From: Synechocystis sp. PCC 6803 substr. PCC-P
GTDB lineage: Bacteria > Cyanobacteriota > Cyanobacteriia > Cyanobacteriales > Microcystaceae
Assembly (NCBI RefSeq): GCF_000284455.1
Contig: NC_017039.1
Location: 300,001-332,000, forward strand
DNA length: 32,000 bases
Reading direction: 5' to 3'
The notes under the pieces are model-generated. The model was not told the origin of the DNA, did not search any database, and was given only the letters and a program-made list of their open reading frames with translations. A program made the position numbers and the translations under genes. Numbering within the stretch: the first letter of the stretch is position 1; each line of letters opens with the position of its first letter. Shown in pieces: positions 29,222-32,000 of this stretch.

Positions 29222-29521
29222 TTAGCGTTCGTAACAGCTAATAAATTCTCGAATTACCCAACCCCAAACCCGATAACGATCCTGATAATAACCAGCAACT
29301 TTGGCCCAAGGGCGGCCTTGTTGGTCAAAATCAATTTCTAGGATTTCCACTTCTCGATTATTTCTTAAAGCATTAATAACTTGACCATTGGGACTTTCTC
29401 TAACATTGAGAGGCGTACCGGTAGGATCAGTAACTTTACAAATTTCCTTTGCTTGGGAAGGAATTGCTGTTAAGACGAAGCAAAAAATGCTGGTTAAAAA
29501 TAAACTTTTAAAGAAAGCCAT
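29222..29521 (-). CDS. Small secreted bacterial SH3 (SH3b)-like protein
   Basis: ATG at 29521 (the track's 29527 start is TTG); signal peptide FFKSLFLTSIFCFVLTAIPSQA|KE; GTPLNVRESPNGQVINALRNNREVEILE...WAKV...GWVIREFI SH3b pattern. Confidence 0.82.
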   Translation of the reverse strand: MAFFKSLFLTSIFCFVLTAIPSQAKEICKVTDPTGTPLNVRESPNGQVINALRNNREVEILEIDFDQQGRPWAKVAGYYQDRYRVWGWVIREFISCYER

Positions 29522-29554
29522 TGGCAAAAAATCTACTATTCCGTCAGGACTTGT

Positions 29555-31060
29555 TTACACGTCATAGCCAAACAAGTTGGGATTAACTTCGGTTAAATTA
29601 ATATCCCCCAAACCGTACTCGGCCCAGCGTTGGCTGACCTGCTCCGCCATGGCTGGATCGGACTCCAATACTTCTCCCCATTCATGATCCGTTTCCGGGG
29701 GAATTTTGGTGGTGGCATCAATACCCATGCGGCCGCCCAAACCAATTTTTTCACTGGCAAAATCGAGGCTGTCAAAGGGGGTTTCCGGCAAAATAAACAC
29801 GTCCCGCACCGGGTCAACTTTGGAGCTGATGGCCCAGACCACCTGGCGGGGATCGCGGATGTTAATACTCTTATCCACCACAATGACGAATTTGGTGTAG
29901 GTAAATTGGGGTAGAGCACTCCAAAAAGCCAGGGCCGCCCGCTTAGCTTGCCCCGGATAAGCTTTGTCAATGGAAATAATGGCAGCTTTGTAACTCAACG
30001 CTTCCATGGGCAAAAAGAAGTCGGTGATTTCCGAAACCTGTTGCCGCAAAATTGGCGTATAAATCCGGTTCAAGGCGATCGCCATCATGGCTTCTTCTTT
30101 GGGGGGACGACCGCTGAAAGTAGTTAAATAAACGGGATTTTTGCGGTGGGTCAGACACTGGAACCGCACTAGGGGAGAATCCTCCACGCCGCCGTAGTAG
30201 CCCATGTGATCGCCAAAGGGGCCATCGGGTAACATTTCGCCGGGGGTAATGGTACCTTCCAGCACAAATTCTGAGTCCGCCGGCACTTCCAAATCGACGG
30301 TTTTACATTTAGCTAGGGCCACCCCAGAACCACCGTATAACCCCGCAAATAACCATTCTGACAAATCCACCGGGATCGGTGTGGCCGCCGCCATAATAAT
30401 TAATGGATCTACCCCCAAGGCGATCGCCACTTCTAATTTTTTGCCCTGTTCCGCCGCTTTGCGTAAATGCCTGGCCCCTCCCCGCACCGACAGCCAATGG
30501 ACCGTCATGGTGGTTTTGGATTGCAGTTGCAGACGATAAACCCCCACATTGGGGGTGCCCGTTTCACAGTCCTTGGTGATCACTAAACCAAGGGTAATAA
30601 TTTTGCCCGCATCACCGGGATAGGGCCGGATCAAGGGGATTTGGTTTAAATCGAGATTTTCACCATCGATGACTACTTCTTGGCAGGGGGGAAAGAAGTT
30701 ACGCCCTGGTTTGGCCTTGAGCACATCAAACAACACTTTGCCAAAATCAATGGCCTGGGAAATTTTCTTGGGCGGCTTAGGCTGTTGCAACAGGGCTAGC
30801 TTTTTGCCCAAATCCTCCAACTCCAGAGGATGGTCCATATTCATGGCCCAACAGATGCGCTCCACTGTGCCCATCAAATTCACCGCCACCGGGAAAGGGG
30901 AGCCTTTGACATTCTCAAATAACAGCCCTGGGCCACCGGCCTGTAGCATCCGGTTAGAGATTTCCGCCACTTCCAAATCGGGATCCACCTCAGCGGTAAT
31001 GCGGCGCAACTGCCCCCGTGTTTCCAACAACTGGATGAATCCCCGTAAATCTCTGGCCAT
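29555..31060 (-). CDS. UbiD-family decarboxylase (4-hydroxy-3-polyprenylbenzoate decarboxylase-like, prenylated-FMN dependent)
   Basis: DLRGFIQLLETRGQLRRI, GDAGKIITLGLVITKD, NVGVYRLQLQSKTTMTVHW, GTITPGEMLPDGPFGDHMGYYGG, SSKVDPVRDV. Confidence 0.93.
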   Translation of the reverse strand: MARDLRGFIQLLETRGQLRRITAEVDPDLEVAEISNRMLQAGGPGLLFENVKGSPFPVAVNLMGTVERICWAMNMDHPLELEDLGKKLALLQQPKPPKKISQAIDFGKVLFDVLKAKPGRNFFPPCQEVVIDGENLDLNQIPLIRPYPGDAGKIITLGLVITKDCETGTPNVGVYRLQLQSKTTMTVHWLSVRGGARHLRKAAEQGKKLEVAIALGVDPLIIMAAATPIPVDLSEWLFAGLYGGSGVALAKCKTVDLEVPADSEFVLEGTITPGEMLPDGPFGDHMGYYGGVEDSPLVRFQCLTHRKNPVYLTTFSGRPPKEEAMMAIALNRIYTPILRQQVSEITDFFLPMEALSYKAAIISIDKAYPGQAKRAALAFWSALPQFTYTKFVIVVDKSINIRDPRQVVWAISSKVDPVRDVFILPETPFDSLDFASEKIGLGGRMGIDATTKIPPETDHEWGEVLESDPAMAEQVSQRWAEYGLGDINLTEVNPNLFGYDV

Positions 31061-31143
31061 GGCTGATGTCTAAACAAATACGCTCTCTAGCTTAACGGGT
31101 TTAGCCCGACCAGGATGGCGATCTCCAACGAGAATTTGCCGCT

Positions 31144-32000
31144 ATGCTAGGGGTTGACAATGATAGACGGCAAAAATTGTTGAAAACTTTTCATCCCCTT
31201 ACGGCGATCGCCGTCACTCCCCAAGCCGTTAAATTGCTTCTGCCCGTGGTGGAAACGTTGACGGGAAAATTGCTTTTATCAAAATCTTTGGCAGAGGAAT
31301 TAGAGCTTGGCAAAAATTCCCTAGTGGAAACCTATGGCGATTCTTTGGCAACGGCTGTGGCAGAACGCTGGAATAACCATCAAGCCTTTATTTTTGGTTT
31401 AGCCACGGGGGCCGTAGTCCGCTTAATTGCTCCTTTATTGCAAAGTAAACAAAGTGATCCCGCTGTGCTGGTGGTGGATGCCATGGGTCAATCGGTGATT
31501 AGTTTACTCAGCGGCCACCAAGGGGGAGGCGATCGCCTGGCGCAGATAGTGGCGGAACAGTTGCAGGCAAAAGCAATTCTCACTGGCGGGGCCAATGGCT
31601 TGGGGCAGATAGCAGTGGATTGTTTAGGCATCCCCTTTGGTTGGCGCAAAGGAAAAGGAGATTGGACAGCGGTAAGTTCTGCTTTGGCCGCTCAAAAATT
31701 AGTAGGAGTAACACAAACGGCGGGGTTAACTCTTTGGCAAAATCATTTACCCCCAGGCCATGGTTTTACTTTTTCTGGAACTAAGGAGACGACGGCAACC
31801 TTATTAATCACCGTTCAAGAAAGTAATTTGGAAAAACTGAATAAACCCATGGCCCCATGGCATCCCCGACTGTTATGGATTGGCGTTGGCTGTGTGCGGG
31901 GTACGGATTTAGCTTTGTTAGAACGGGCTTTGTTAGAAGTTTTAGAACGGGAAAATTTAAGCCCTTTGGCGATCGCGGGCCTGGCCAGTGTCCATTTAAA
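31144..32000 (+). CDS. Cobalamin biosynthesis CbiG-like protein, 3' truncated by window edge (may be fused to a CobJ/CbiH methyltransferase beyond the edge)
   Basis: Translated by hand: ATG CTA GGG GTT GAC...; open to the window end. Motifs VRLIAPLLQSK...VLVVDAMGQSVISLLSGHQGGGDRLA and LLWIGVGCVRGT are typical of CbiG N- and C-domains. Confidence 0.88.
   Translation, partial: MLGVDNDRRQKLLKTFHPLTAIAVTPQAVKLLLPVVETLTGKLLLSKSLAEELELGKNSLVETYGDSLATAVAERWNNHQAFIFGLATGAVVRLIAPLLQSKQSDPAVLVVDAMGQSVISLLSGHQGGGDRLAQIVAEQLQAKAILTGGANGLGQIAVDCLGIPFGWRKGKGDWTAVSSALAAQKLVGVTQTAGLTLWQNHLPPGHGFTFSGTKETTATLLITVQESNLEKLNKPMAPWHPRLLWIGVGCVRGTDLALLERALLEVLERENLSPLAIAGLASVHL

Noticed and set aside
1-32000. Search for a new defence, retron, BGC or toxin-antitoxin system
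   Set aside because: Nearly every sizeable ORF fits a housekeeping or conserved cyanobacterial family, and neighbouring genes do not form a coherent unexplained cassette. I do not claim a new system.

Overview
This 32 kb window looks like ordinary chromosomal DNA from a unicellular cyanobacterium. The HIP1 palindrome GGCGATCGCC is dense, and the gene content (cupB/chpX, ho1, hemF, ycf66, ferredoxin-sulfite reductase) matches Synechocystis sp. PCC 6803 or a close relative. That strain assignment is from memory and was not searched. I support 24 protein-coding genes, two of them cut by window edges, plus one tRNA-Pro(CGG). The right-edge gene, a CbiG-like cobalamin gene starting at 31144, is missing from the supplied ORF track. 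The left-edge UDP-glucose dehydrogenase is open to the window edge, and its listed start is a TTG inside a conserved motif. I found no CRISPR array, transposon, prophage, toxin-antitoxin pair or recognisable defence island. The items most worth a second look are: (1) a ribbon-helix-helix-like C-terminal tail on ferredoxin-sulfite reductase; (2) a tiny secreted 2-Cys peptide ORF at 3424-3621; (3) an EgtB/SUMF1-like protein with its His motif retained but no egtD in the window, directly downstream of cupB; (4) a REC-PAS-PAS-GGDEF-EAL protein with both output domains apparently intact; (5) a 10-bp inverted repeat between ho1 and hemF; (6) a long acidic tail on the Ycf66-family protein. I see no convincing new multi-gene system.
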